Shown: positions 15,786 through 25,585 of the stretch, piece by piece | Numbering within the stretch: the stretch's first letter is position 1 | Layout of the letters: each line of letters starts with the position of its first letter | Program-made: the position numbers and the translations under genes | Notes under the pieces: generated by a model | Databases searched by the model: none | What the model was told of the DNA's origin: nothing | Seen by the model: only the letters and a program-made list of their open reading frames with translations | DNA from: Candidatus Electronema aureum | GTDB lineage: Bacteria > Desulfobacterota > Desulfobulbia > Desulfobulbales > Desulfobulbaceae | DNA length: 32,000 nucleotides | NCBI GenBank assembly: GCA_004284765.1 | Contig: NQJD01000004.1 | Coordinates: forward strand, 90,001 to 122,000 | Reading direction: 5' to 3'

Positions 15786-17069
15786 ATGACACAAACATAC
15801 ACCACCCAGATGGACGCGGCCCGCAAAGGCATCATCACCCCGCAGATGCGCGAGGTCTTGGCCAATGAGGTTATCTCTGAACAGCTTTTGCTGGAGCGGG
15901 TGGCGCAGGGACGCATTGCCATCCCGGCCAATAAGCACCACCACAATCTCAAGGCAGCCGGGGTTGGTCAGGGTTTGAAAACCAAGATCAACGTCAATCT
16001 GGGCGTGTCCAAGGATGTCTGCTCCTTCGAGGGCGAGATGAACAAGGCTCGCTTGTCGCTCAAATACAAGGCTGATGCGATCATGGACTTGAGCGTCTCC
16101 GGCGACACCGAAGGCTTCCGCAAGCGACTGGTGGCGGAAGTGCCGGTGATGATCGGCACGGTGCCGATCTACGACACCATTACCCGTACTGGCAAGCCCA
16201 CAGAACAGATCACGGTGGAGGACTGGTTTGAGACGGTGCGCATTCACGCTGAGAACGGCATAGATTTCATCACCATCCATGCGGGATTGAACCAGAAATG
16301 CGCCAGCAGTCTGCGCCTCAACAAACGGCTTTGCGGTATTGTCAGCAGAGGCGGAGCGATTCTGTATGAATGGATGGCGAAGACTGGTCAGGAGAATCCC
16401 TTCTACGAATACTTTGACCGACTCTTGGACATTTGCGAGCAGCACGATGTCTGCATCAGCCTTGGCGACGGTCTCCGGCCTGGCGCGATCAAGGATTCGA
16501 CCGATGCGCCGCAGATCGAGGAGCTGATCACGCTCGGCGAGCTGACCAAGCGGGCTTGGGCGCACAACGTGCAGGTGATGATCGAGGGGCCGGGCCATGT
16601 TCCCCTGCACGAGGTGGAGATGAACATGAAGCTGCAAAAGAAGCTCTGTCACCACGCGCCGTTCTATGTGCTCGGCCCGCTGGTCACGGACATCGCGCCG
16701 GGTTATGATCACATAACCTCAGCCATCGGCGGCGCGCTGGCTGCCATGCACGGGGCGGATTTCCTCTGCTACGTCACGCCGGCGGAACACCTGCGCCTGC
16801 CTTCCGCTGACGACGTGAAGGAGGGCATCATCGCCTCCAAGATCGCTGCTCATGCGGGCGACTTGGCCAAAGGCATTCCCGGCGCGGCGGACTTGGATCA
16901 CGCGATGAGCGCGGCACGAGGCAGCTTGAATTGGGAAGGCCAGTTCAACCTTGCCCTTGACCCGGAGAAAGCGCGGGCCTACCGCGCCTCCTCTGAACCT
17001 GCGGACAAAGGCGTTTGCACCATGTGCGGCGACTTCTGCTCGATGAAGCGGCTGAAGGGGCTGCTGTAA
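15786..17069 (+). CDS. thiC: Phosphomethylpyrimidine synthase ThiC (short form, radical SAM)
   Basis: Strong ThiC sequence throughout ([67 protein letters not shown]-terminal [11 protein letters not shown]). The start is set at the ATG at 15786, preceded by AGGAGA 6 nt upstream. An in-frame ATG at 15762 is the alternative. Confidence 0.95.
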   Translation: MTQTYTTQMDAARKGIITPQMREVLANEVISEQLLLERVAQGRIAIPANKHHHNLKAAGVGQGLKTKINVNLGVSKDVCSFEGEMNKARLSLKYKADAIMDLSVSGDTEGFRKRLVAEVPVMIGTVPIYDTITRTGKPTEQITVEDWFETVRIHAENGIDFITIHAGLNQKCASSLRLNKRLCGIVSRGGAILYEWMAKTGQENPFYEYFDRLLDICEQHDVCISLGDGLRPGAIKDSTDAPQIEELITLGELTKRAWAHNVQVMIEGPGHVPLHEVEMNMKLQKKLCHHAPFYVLGPLVTDIAPGYDHITSAIGGALAAMHGADFLCYVTPAEHLRLPSADDVKEGIIASKIAAHAGDLAKGIPGAADLDHAMSAARGSLNWEGQFNLALDPEKARAYRASSEPADKGVCTMCGDFCSMKRLKGLL

Positions 17070-17123
17070 AATCGTCTTGCTCTTCGCATTTGTTGCATAA
17101 TTTGGAGAGCAAGGCAATTCATC

Positions 17124-17151
17124 TTGTGAAAGCAGGGGCAGGGGGTATAAT
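17124..17151 (+). promoter_or_regulatory. Candidate sigma70-type promoter
   Basis: TTGTGA (17124-17129), a 16-nt spacer, then a consensus TATAAT (17146-17151), 42 nt upstream of the 17193 ATG. This is a pattern-based call only. Confidence 0.4.
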
Positions 17152-17192
17152 GGCAGAAAACTTCAACTTCGTTCGCCTCCTGACTCTGCATC

Positions 17193-18890
17193 ATGCCTGA
17201 ACAACCACAAATGATTATCGGCACCCTTGGCCCATCGCATTCCCATGCGTGGCAGGCTGCTGCCCTGCATGATCCTGCTGCTGAGTTGAAAGCCTTTCCG
17301 CACACGAACGGCCTGCTTGCCGCTTTTGCTGCTGGAGCAATCGACCGAGCAGTGCTGCCAGTTTATAACACCCGTGAAGGCAGCGGCACTCAGTATTTTG
17401 GCCTGTTCAGTCAGATCAAAGCAGGTTGGTGGATCGACAACGTGGTGCTGCCGGTCAGCCTTTCGCTTGGTGTTTTCACTCCAAGTACGCAGCCAGAGGA
17501 GTTGAAAACGCTGCTGGGTCGTCGGGCCGTGTTCCGCCAGTGCGAGGAATATATTAGTCGCACGTTTCCTGATATTGCTCTGACCAGCGTTGCTGATCTT
17601 GATCTTGCTTTGGCTCGCGTCCGGGCACAGGGGGCACACAGCTGCGGAGTCATCGACACCGCTGAAATGCTCCTTGCTTACGGTTTGCACATCGCCGAGC
17701 GCGAGGTGGCACCGCACAGTCGCACCCGTTATGCTGTACTGGGCCGCAAGCTGGCCCGACCCACAGGCTACGATTCGACGGCCTTGTTGACCAAACCGCT
17801 CGATGACCGAGTTGGTCTCTTGGTTGATATCTTGGGTGAATTCGCTCGACGTGGGATTAACATCCTCGATATGAGTTCGGAGAATGACCCGCAGACCCAG
17901 AAGCTGCAAATCTACGTAGAGGCGGAAGGCCACATCGAGGACGAGGCGATGGCAGGCGCAATCGCTCAGATTGAAGAGCGCATTGTCGGCCAGAAGCATT
18001 CTCTCCGTCTGCTTGGCTGCTTTCCGCGTGTTGATATGCGGCCCAAACACATCCGTTCAGTCGGCTTCATTGGCACCGGCGACATGAGCGCGTGGTTTGC
18101 CGAGCGGTTAGAGAACGAGGGCTACCGCGTTTTCATGACCGGGCGCAATACTGAGCTGCGGCCTGAGCAAATGATTGCCGAAGTGGATGTGGTACTGGTC
18201 TGTGTGCCGATTTCAGTCACCGCAGATACGGTGCGGCAATACGGCCCGTTGATCGCGGACGGCAAGGCTCTAATCCTGCTGGCGGGCGAAGCGGACAGCA
18301 CGATCAGCACCGCGCTGGAATGCACGAGCAAGGGGGTGGAGGTGATGCTGGTGCATAACCTCTGGGGGCCAGCGGCAGCAGCAATGAAAGACAAAAACGC
18401 GGTGGTAGTGCGGACGCGGCGCAGTGGTAAATTTTCCAGTGAGTTTGAAGCGTTCCTCTACAAACACGGTGCGAGCATTCATTATGATTCTGCTCTCCGC
18501 CACGACTTACTCATGGGCATCGGTCAGAAGCTACCCACCGCTGTTTCCGTGGCCTTGGCTATGACCTTGGCGGAGAATCAAATCACTGCTGACGAAATCG
18601 CGGGCCACTGCACCCTGACTTCCCTTTACCCAATCTTGGCGATGGCGCGGGCGCATTCACAGAATCCGCGTACCTATGCGGAGATTCTCTCCATGCGTGG
18701 TGAGAGCGGCAAGATTGTCCGGGATTTTGCCCTTAATCTGGAGCGAGTGATGGCAATGGGCGACAAGGCTAAGATTCAGGAGCTATGCGGCCTGATTGAG
18801 CAGAACCGCAAGCATTTAACTGAACGCTTTCTTCAGAACCGGATGGATCAAGCCAAGGCCGTGGACAAGGTGCTGGGTGCGATGATTTGA
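17193..18890 (+). CDS. Fusion protein: prephenate dehydratase-like (PDT) + ACT domain + prephenate/arogenate dehydrogenase-like (TyrA) domain
   Basis: The N-terminal part is [15 protein letters not shown]...[12 protein letters not shown]...[10 protein letters not shown] (PDT with a TRF-like TRY). An ACT-like segment follows ([34 protein letters not shown]). The C-terminal part is [10 protein letters not shown] (Rossmann), LVHNLWGP (cf. the HPMFGP motif of TyrA) and [13 protein letters not shown]. The ACT segment lacks the usual ESRP motif, so the protein is divergent. Confidence 0.6.
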   Translation: MPEQPQMIIGTLGPSHSHAWQAAALHDPAAELKAFPHTNGLLAAFAAGAIDRAVLPVYNTREGSGTQYFGLFSQIKAGWWIDNVVLPVSLSLGVFTPSTQPEELKTLLGRRAVFRQCEEYISRTFPDIALTSVADLDLALARVRAQGAHSCGVIDTAEMLLAYGLHIAEREVAPHSRTRYAVLGRKLARPTGYDSTALLTKPLDDRVGLLVDILGEFARRGINILDMSSENDPQTQKLQIYVEAEGHIEDEAMAGAIAQIEERIVGQKHSLRLLGCFPRVDMRPKHIRSVGFIGTGDMSAWFAERLENEGYRVFMTGRNTELRPEQMIAEVDVVLVCVPISVTADTVRQYGPLIADGKALILLAGEADSTISTALECTSKGVEVMLVHNLWGPAAAAMKDKNAVVVRTRRSGKFSSEFEAFLYKHGASIHYDSALRHDLLMGIGQKLPTAVSVALAMTLAENQITADEIAGHCTLTSLYPILAMARAHSQNPRTYAEILSMRGESGKIVRDFALNLERVMAMGDKAKIQELCGLIEQNRKHLTERFLQNRMDQAKAVDKVLGAMI

Positions 18891-19103
18891 GCTGGCCCGC
18901 AACCCAAGCTGTGACCTATAACACCTTGAAAAATCCATGCTTCCCCGCATGTGGTATATTTTTGCTCGGCAGCCGCTCCATCCTTGCCACTTGGCGCACC
19001 TCGTCAACCAAGCTGTTTCGAGGGATACATTCTGACCTGAAGCGACTCGTCCAACGGCGACAGCGGGGCATCCGGCGAATCCAAGCGTCCGCTCAGGGAA
19101 ATG

Positions 19104-19273
<170 letters not shown>

Positions 19274-19277
<4 letters not shown>

Positions 19278-20242
19278 TTCGGTATACTGCACTGCCGTGC
19301 TGCCCGCACCTGCTCCAATTCCTCGCGGTCTTTCTCCAAATCAGGATGGCCGATATCCTCTTCAATCTGCACGGCCCGACTGATGTATTCCTCTGCCTTG
19401 GCAAGATCACCTTGGTTTTGGCAGGTGAGTCCAATGTTCCAGCAGGTGAAGGCTTCATGTGATTTATCACCGACCTCCCGTGCTATCACCAAAGCTTGTT
19501 CCCAATACTCTATGGCCTTGGTAGTATTGCCCTGCTTATCGTAAATCCTAGCGATGTTGTTCAGGTTTGCACCTTCCACGATCTTGTTGCTAACCTCGAT
19601 GTTGACAGACAGGCTCTGTTTAAGATAGGTCAAGGATGTCTCATAGTCGCCTTGGGCATCATAAACTTGACTGATATTGTTCAGGGTCATTCCTTCCCCT
19701 TCCCGGTCGCCAATCTCTCGCATGATTGTCAGACTCTGCTCAAGATACTGCAAGACTTGCTCGTGCCTGTTCTGCACATGGTAAATTTCGGCGATGTTGT
19801 TCAGCGTCCACGCTTCTCCCTGCCTATCGGACAGCTCGCGGCGTATCGACAAGCTCTGCTCATAGCAGGCCAACGCCTTCGCTAATTCGCCACGCTTCCG
19901 GCAGGTATAGCCCAGACTATTTAGGCACCAGCCTTCATCCTTGCGGTCGCCTGCCTGCCTTGCTGCATTAAGTCTCATAGTTATGGCAGCAATGTCCTCT
20001 GTCCAATATCCCTGCCGGTCTAAGTAAGTGCTGATTGCTCGCACCAAGACTTTTATCTCCTGCCACAGTTGGCTGTTCGAGCAACTCTTCATCACCCGCA
20101 AGCATTGCACCCGTTCCTTGTCCAAGCGGGCATAGCCTGCCGCACCACGAGCACTCTCTTTTTCTGCCAATGCGGTATAGTGTGCAGCAAGCCGCTGGCA
20201 TACTCCGGCAAGCTCGGCACTTGAAGCCGCATGTTCAGGCAT
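19274..20242 (-). CDS. TPR-repeat protein, paralogue 1 (322 aa), NB-ARC-associated sensor-like module
   Basis: Repeated 40-residue-class TPR units (W/TLNNIxxIYxxQGxYExALxYxxQSLxIxREIGDRxGE). The ATG at 20240-20242 ([11 protein letters not shown]...) matches paralogue 2. The 3' end and stop codon lie inside the valS-fragment junction. Confidence 0.85.
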
Positions 20243-20260
20243 TGACGGGACTCTTATGAT

Positions 20261-20329
20261 CACACTATGACCTCTCTTTCGGAGACACTATGGTCACTCC
20301 TGCGGAGATACTCTGGTGTCTCCTGCGAA
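20261..20329. repeat. Tandem repeat array 3, exact 23-nt period, 3 units, between the two TPR paralogues
   Basis: Rows from 20261, 20284 and 20307: CACACTATGACCTCTCTTTCGGA / GACACTATGGTCACTCCTGCGGA / GATACTCTGGTGTCTCCTGCGAA. Neighbouring units match at 17-18 of 23 positions. Confidence 0.8.
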
Positions 20330-20332
20330 GAG

Positions 20333-21313
20333 CTACGCCTCTCCGCCCTTTCCTTGTTCCACTTGCCGCGCTGCCCGTACCCGTGCCAATCCCTCGCGGT
20401 ATTTCTCCAAGGAAGGATGACCGATCTGCTCTGCAAGCTGCACGGCTTGGCTGATGTATTCCTCTACCTTGGCAAGGTTGCCGAGGTCTTTGCAGATGAG
20501 GCCGATGTTCCAAAACGACTCTGCTACTCCAACCCTGTCGCCAATCTGTTGATATATCGATAAGGCTTGTTCCAAATACTTCAACGCCTTAGCAGGCCTG
20601 CCAAAGGCACGGTAGATCATAGCGATGTTGTTCAGGGTTTGTCCTACTCCGATTTCATCGCCAGCCTCCCGCCTGATAGGTAGGCACTGTTCATAACAGG
20701 TCAAGGCTTGCTCGTAGTCGCCTTTGGTGTCATAAACCCCACCGATATTATTCAGGGTCGTACCTTCTCCCTTCCGGTCGCCGATCTCCTGCCAGATGCT
20801 CAGACTCTGCTGATATTGTTCCAAGGCCTGCTCATACCTGCCCTGTGCATGGTAAATCGCGCCGATGTTGTTCAAGGTTGCGCCTTCTCCCTGCTTGTCT
20901 TCCACCTCGCGATGTATCGGCAGGCTTTGCTTATAATAGGTGAGAGCCTTCTCACGCTCGCCGCGCCTTTCACAGGTATAGCCAAGCTCATTCAGGCACC
21001 AAGCTTCATCCCTGCGGTCTTCAACTTGTTGAGCCGCAGTGAGTTGCATTTTTAGAGCAGCTAGTCGATCTGCCCAATGACCCTGCCGGTCAAGGTACTT
21101 CTGGATTGACCAGACCAACGCTTGCACCTCCTGCCACAGCTTGCTTGCCAAGCACCTCTCTATCAACCGCAAGCACTGCACCCGCTCCTTATCCAAGCGG
21201 GCATACCCCGCCGCGCCACGAGCACTCTCCTTTTCTGCTAATGCAGTGTAGTGCGCAGCAAGCCGCTGGCATACTGCGGTCAGTTCCGCACTTGAAGCCG
21301 CATGTTCAGGCAT
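20333..21313 (-). CDS. TPR-repeat protein, paralogue 2 (326 aa), overlapping the NB-ARC gene stop
   Basis: It has the same architecture as paralogue 1. The ATG at 21311-21313 overlaps the NB-ARC stop (21306-21308) by 8 nt (...ATTGCAAATGCCTGAACATG...). Confidence 0.85.
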   Translation of the reverse strand: MPEHAASSAELTAVCQRLAAHYTALAEKESARGAAGYARLDKERVQCLRLIERCLASKLWQEVQALVWSIQKYLDRQGHWADRLAALKMQLTAAQQVEDRRDEAWCLNELGYTCERRGEREKALTYYKQSLPIHREVEDKQGEGATLNNIGAIYHAQGRYEQALEQYQQSLSIWQEIGDRKGEGTTLNNIGGVYDTKGDYEQALTCYEQCLPIRREAGDEIGVGQTLNNIAMIYRAFGRPAKALKYLEQALSIYQQIGDRVGVAESFWNIGLICKDLGNLAKVEEYISQAVQLAEQIGHPSLEKYREGLARVRAARQVEQGKGGEA

Positions 21314-22466
21314 TTGCAATGGTCTCCCACATGGATTTGGCATGAACTGTCAGGAGCGCGTGCATCTGAAAGCGCACCTCGCCATCCTCCTGATACGGCT
21401 CCAGCAGTCCGCGCTTCTCCAGCTCGCGGATTGCCGGACGCGGATCATCAACACCCCACGCAGCTGCTATGGCAGCACGATCAAAGGTTGCCGGTTTCGG
21501 CGCAAAGACTCCCAAGAAGGCAAACTGCTTCCGGGTCAGCGCATCAAGACGGTCTGTGCTTTTCCGTAGCAGTGCAGTCACAGAGGGTGTGGTCTGGCCG
21601 GATAAATCAGCGCGATCTGCGGGCGCAGCTTCTTGCAGCAGTCGGGTGCCTTCAGTCAGCTCGTCCAGCAACTCCCTGACTCCCCAGCCCATAGTTGCTT
21701 CGGCAGCAAGCAGGCTACCAGCAACACTTAACGCCAGCGGCATACCGTCTAACTCCTGCACCAGCTGCCGCACCCCTTGCTCATCCTGCGCCACAGACTC
21801 AGGCGAGAGCTGGCGGATCAGCTCGATGGAGTCCTCTTCCGACAGCACCAGCAGGCGGTACACCGCCTTGTCCGGCAAGCCGAGCTTCCGGGCCACATCA
21901 GGCTCACGGGTGGTGAGCAGCGTTCGGCACGCCCGCCCGCCGACAAGGAAGGGCTGCGCGTCAGCGGCCTGCCACACGTCATCTATGATCAGCAGCATCC
22001 GGCGGTCGCGCAGCAGTCCGGCGAGCCGATTCTGCCGCTCTTCAATGCGCTGATACCGCTGCGGATCATCACCGAAGGCAAGCAGCCATTGCCCCAGTCC
22101 TGCCAAGGGATTGGGCGACATGCCCAAGGCCGTCCACAGCACGCCATCAGGGAACGCCTTCTTCACTTCGGCATCATGCGCCATAGCTGCCGCCAGCGTG
22201 GTCTTGCCAATGCCAGGCCAGCCCCGCACACTGGTGATCAAGGTTGTTGACGGCTCGCCAAAGAGACGCTGCCGCAGCGCAGCCATGTCGTTGTCACGCC
22301 CGATGAACAGGTTGGGTGGGGCTGGCAGTAGACTTGGAGAAGGAAAAAGCACAGGCTGCTTGCCGTCTGTATATACGTTAATCATTGTGGCATGGTCTTT
22401 GACCACGGTTTGACCGCCACTATTGCTGTCGTAGTTATCACCATGCACCTCAGTCTGGTTGCTCAT
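21306..22466 (-). CDS. NB-ARC (STAND/AP-ATPase) NTPase, 386 aa, with no fused effector or repeat sensor domain
   Basis: Walker A GWPGIGKTTLA, Walker B MLLIIDDVW, LLTTR, and the GMPLAL motif, followed by a winged-helix-like end (FAFLGVF...MHALL). GGGGGAAGGA lies immediately upstream of the ATG. The N-terminal 32 aa is a short motif shared with the upstream small ORF. Confidence 0.9.
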   Translation of the reverse strand: MSNQTEVHGDNYDSNSGGQTVVKDHATMINVYTDGKQPVLFPSPSLLPAPPNLFIGRDNDMAALRQRLFGEPSTTLITSVRGWPGIGKTTLAAAMAHDAEVKKAFPDGVLWTALGMSPNPLAGLGQWLLAFGDDPQRYQRIEERQNRLAGLLRDRRMLLIIDDVWQAADAQPFLVGGRACRTLLTTREPDVARKLGLPDKAVYRLLVLSEEDSIELIRQLSPESVAQDEQGVRQLVQELDGMPLALSVAGSLLAAEATMGWGVRELLDELTEGTRLLQEAAPADRADLSGQTTPSVTALLRKSTDRLDALTRKQFAFLGVFAPKPATFDRAAIAAAWGVDDPRPAIRELEKRGLLEPYQEDGEVRFQMHALLTVHAKSMWETIANA

Positions 22467-22486
22467 TCCTTCCCCCTGTCATTATC

Positions 22487-22876
22487 TCATGCTGCCCAAT
22501 TCGTCCATTGCTCACCACACCAGATTAACCCCTGACCGAGCAGATTGCCAACAGCAACCGCCGCTTTAACAGTCTTTGAGCTTTCCTCCAAGATGGAGAC
22601 CGCTTCTTTCAGACTGTCTGCTATTCTTTTCCGGTCAGGAGGATTCCTTCTCGCCAGTCTCAACGCACCATTAACCTCGTGCTCCACATCCTCCTTGACT
22701 TCCTGCGCAACAGGCAGGTTTGAAAGCTCCTGCTTTGCTTTATCCAGAAGGGCAAGCAGCTCTTCAACCGGTGCCTGCTGGCTTATATTGATCTGCACAG
22801 CGTTGTCTTTGGCGATGTACTGCGGCCCGCCGCTACTTTCAAAGCTGTCTCCGTGAATAATCTTGATGTCACTCAT
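22487..22876 (-). CDS. Small protein (129 aa): shared N-terminal motif + helical region + C-terminal hydrophobic segment; candidate effector or adaptor of the NB-ARC system
   Basis: The ATG is preceded by AAGGGGGAA 7 nt upstream. The N-terminus MSDIKIIHGDSFESSGGPQYIAKDNAVQINIS aligns without gaps to the NB-ARC N-terminus. The C-terminus TVKAAVAVGNLLGQGLIWCGEQWTNWAA is hydrophobic and aromatic. No known family was recognised. Confidence 0.7.
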   Translation of the reverse strand: MSDIKIIHGDSFESSGGPQYIAKDNAVQINISQQAPVEELLALLDKAKQELSNLPVAQEVKEDVEHEVNGALRLARRNPPDRKRIADSLKEAVSILEESSKTVKAAVAVGNLLGQGLIWCGEQWTNWAA

Positions 22877-22900
22877 AGTTGTTCCCCCTTCAGAAAACAG

Positions 22901-25585
22901 TCATCGCAGCTTCCCCAGCCGCTCCCTCGACTCCTCATTCTTCGCCAGACGCGCCTTCAGCTCCTCCAGCTTGGCCTGCTCCTTGGCAACCACATCAGGC
23001 GGGGCATTGCTGAGGAAGTTCTCGTTGCCCAGCTTGCCGCGCACCCGCTGCAAATCTTGCTCGATCTTGCTGCGCTCGCGGGCCAGCTTGTCCAGCTCGG
23101 CATCCACGTCAATCAGCTCCTTGAGCGGCACCACCACCTCAACGCCGTTCACCAGCGCGTGACCGGCATCGTCAGGCACTGCACCGGATTCCACAATCTC
23201 CAATGCTTCGGCGCGGGTCATGGCGCAGATGGAGCCGCTGAAGGAGCGCAGCAGCTCGCGCTTGCCTGCGTCGGGACAAATCAGCACAGCCTGCACCTTC
23301 GCGCTCGGATGCACGTCCGCCTCGCTGCGGATGGTGCGAATCGCAGTGATGACCTCCATCAAGAGCTGCATGGACTGCTCCGCCTCCGCGTTCTCCCAGA
23401 GCGGCCTTTCTTCTGGGAACGCCTCCAGCATGATGGTGCCGCGTGTGCCCGGCAGCTGGCTCCAGATTTCCTCGGTGACAAAGGGGCAGATCGGATGCAG
23501 CATCTTCAGGATATGCTCTAAGACACAGAGCAGCACACCGCGTGCCTGCTCGCGTTTACCTGCGTCATCGCTGAACAAATCTGCCTTGATCCACTCCACG
23601 TACCAATCGCAGAACTCGTGCCACGTAAATTGATAAATGGCCGAGGCGATCAGGTTGAAATCATAGCCGTCCAATGCCTTGCGCACGTCGCAGATGGTGG
23701 CGTTCGTGCGGCTGAGGATCCAGCGGTGCGGCAGGGACAGCTTGCCGGGGTCATCGGCCACAGCAACAATGCCCGGCTCGCTCTCCTTAATGTGCATCTG
23801 GGCAAAGCGGGCTGCGTTCCAGAGCTTGTTGATGAAACGCCTGTAGCCGTCAATGCGCTCCTCATCCATCCTAATCTCACGGCCTTGCGCGGCAAAGGCG
23901 GTCAAGGTAAAGCGGAAGGCATCGGTGCCGTACTGCTTGATCATGTCCAGCGGGTCAATGACGTTGCCCGTTGACTTGGACATCTTCTTGCCCTGCTTGT
24001 CGCGCACGAGGGCGTGCAAATACACGTCGCGGAACGGCACCTCGTCCATGAAATGCAGGCCCATCATCATCATCCGCGCCACCCAGAAGAAGAGAATGTC
24101 AAAGCTGGTGATCAGCACCGAGGTCGGGTAAAAGGTCTGCAATTCTTTGGTGTTACCCGGCCAGCCGAGGGTGGAGAAGGGCCAGAGAGCGGAGCTGAAC
24201 CAGGTGTCTAAAACGTCGTGCTCCTGCGCCAGATGAATCTTGCCGCAGCGGGGGCAGAAGCCCGGATCCTCGCTGGCCACGATGAGATGGCCGCATTCGA
24301 GGCAGTTCCACGCCGGGATGCGATGGCCCCACCAAATCTGCCGCGAAATGCACCAGTCGCGGATGTTGTCCATCCACGCGTAGAAGGTATTGTACCAAGT
24401 GTCGGGATAGAGCTTGATGCGGCCCTCGCGCACCGCCGCCACGGCCTTGTCTGCCAGCGGGCGCACGGAGACAAACCACTGTTTGGAGGTCGTCGGCTCG
24501 ATGACTGTAGCGCAGCGGTAGCATTTGCCGACCGCATGCTCGTAGTCGTCGATCTTCACCAGCAGACCAAGCGCGTCCAAGTCCTTGACGATCTGCGTCC
24601 GGCAGGCGAAGCGGTCGAGGCCCGCGTATTTCCCGGCGTTCTCGTTCATGATGCCGCGCTCGTCCATCACCTTGACCCGCTCTAAGCTGTGGCGGATGCC
24701 GATCTCGTAGTCGTCGCGGTCATGCGACGGCGTGACCTTGAGCGCGCCCGTGCCGAAGTCGCGCTGGACATGATGATCAAGCACCACCGGAATGATGCGG
24801 TCAACGATGGGCAGACGGATGCCGATCTTCTCCAGCCCGGCATAGCGTTCGTCATCCGGGTGCACGGCCACCGCTGTGTCGCCGAGCAGGGTCTCTGGCC
24901 GCGTGGTGGCGATCACCACCGAGCCGGATCCGTCCGCGTAGGGATAGCGGATGTGGTACAATTTGCCAGCGGTCGGGTCGTGCTCAACCTCGTCGTCCGC
25001 CAGCGCAGTCAGGCAGCGCGGGCACCAGTTGACGATGTAGTCGCCCTTGTAAATCAGCCCCTCATTATATAGACGGACGAAGACCTCGCGCACGGCCTTG
25101 GACAGCCCTTCGTCCATCGTGAAGCGTTCCCTATCCCAATCGCATGATGCGCCCATCCGCTTGAGCTGCTGAATGATCGTGCCGCCCTTCTCCGCCCGCC
25201 ACTGCCATACCCGCTCGATGAACTTGTCGCGGCCCAGCTCGTGGCGGGTCGTCTTCTCAGCGGCAAGCTGGCGCTCCACCACGTTCTGGGTGGCAATGCC
25301 AGCATGGTCGGTGCCCGGCACCCAGAGGGTGTTGTCCCCCTTCATGCGGTGGTAGCGCGTCAGCAAATCTTGTAGCGTGTTGTTCAGGGCGTGGCCGATG
25401 TGCAGCACGCCGGTCACGTTCGGCGGCGGTATGACAATGGAAAAGGCCTGGCGGCCTTCGTCCATTTGCGCGCTGAAAGTCTTGTGCGCAAGCCAGTATT
25501 CGTACCAGCGTTGCTCAACCTCCTCAAACTCGTAGGCTTTGGGCAGGTCGTATTTGGCGGCGGACGGCGTGTTTGTATCGTTCAT
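22901..25585 (-). CDS. valS: Valine--tRNA ligase
   Basis: Class I HIGH (PPNVTGVLHIGHA) and KMSKS motifs, an editing domain, and a C-terminal coiled coil. The start is the ATG at 25583-25585 (MNDTNTPSAAKYDLPKAYEFEEVEQRWYEYW); the 22 residues upstream of it have no ValRS-like sequence. Confidence 0.97.
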   Translation of the reverse strand: MNDTNTPSAAKYDLPKAYEFEEVEQRWYEYWLAHKTFSAQMDEGRQAFSIVIPPPNVTGVLHIGHALNNTLQDLLTRYHRMKGDNTLWVPGTDHAGIATQNVVERQLAAEKTTRHELGRDKFIERVWQWRAEKGGTIIQQLKRMGASCDWDRERFTMDEGLSKAVREVFVRLYNEGLIYKGDYIVNWCPRCLTALADDEVEHDPTAGKLYHIRYPYADGSGSVVIATTRPETLLGDTAVAVHPDDERYAGLEKIGIRLPIVDRIIPVVLDHHVQRDFGTGALKVTPSHDRDDYEIGIRHSLERVKVMDERGIMNENAGKYAGLDRFACRTQIVKDLDALGLLVKIDDYEHAVGKCYRCATVIEPTTSKQWFVSVRPLADKAVAAVREGRIKLYPDTWYNTFYAWMDNIRDWCISRQIWWGHRIPAWNCLECGHLIVASEDPGFCPRCGKIHLAQEHDVLDTWFSSALWPFSTLGWPGNTKELQTFYPTSVLITSFDILFFWVARMMMMGLHFMDEVPFRDVYLHALVRDKQGKKMSKSTGNVIDPLDMIKQYGTDAFRFTLTAFAAQGREIRMDEERIDGYRRFINKLWNAARFAQMHIKESEPGIVAVADDPGKLSLPHRWILSRTNATICDVRKALDGYDFNLIASAIYQFTWHEFCDWYVEWIKADLFSDDAGKREQARGVLLCVLEHILKMLHPICPFVTEEIWSQLPGTRGTIMLEAFPEERPLWENAEAEQSMQLLMEVITAIRTIRSEADVHPSAKVQAVLICPDAGKRELLRSFSGSICAMTRAEALEIVESGAVPDDAGHALVNGVEVVVPLKELIDVDAELDKLARERSKIEQDLQRVRGKLGNENFLSNAPPDVVAKEQAKLEELKARLAKNEESRERLGKLR

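Noticed and set aside
17077-17114. Hairpin CTTGCTCT...AGAGCAAG after thiC, considered as an intrinsic terminator
   Set aside because: It has an 8-bp stem but a ~22-nt loop and no downstream T-tract, so the evidence is too weak to annotate.
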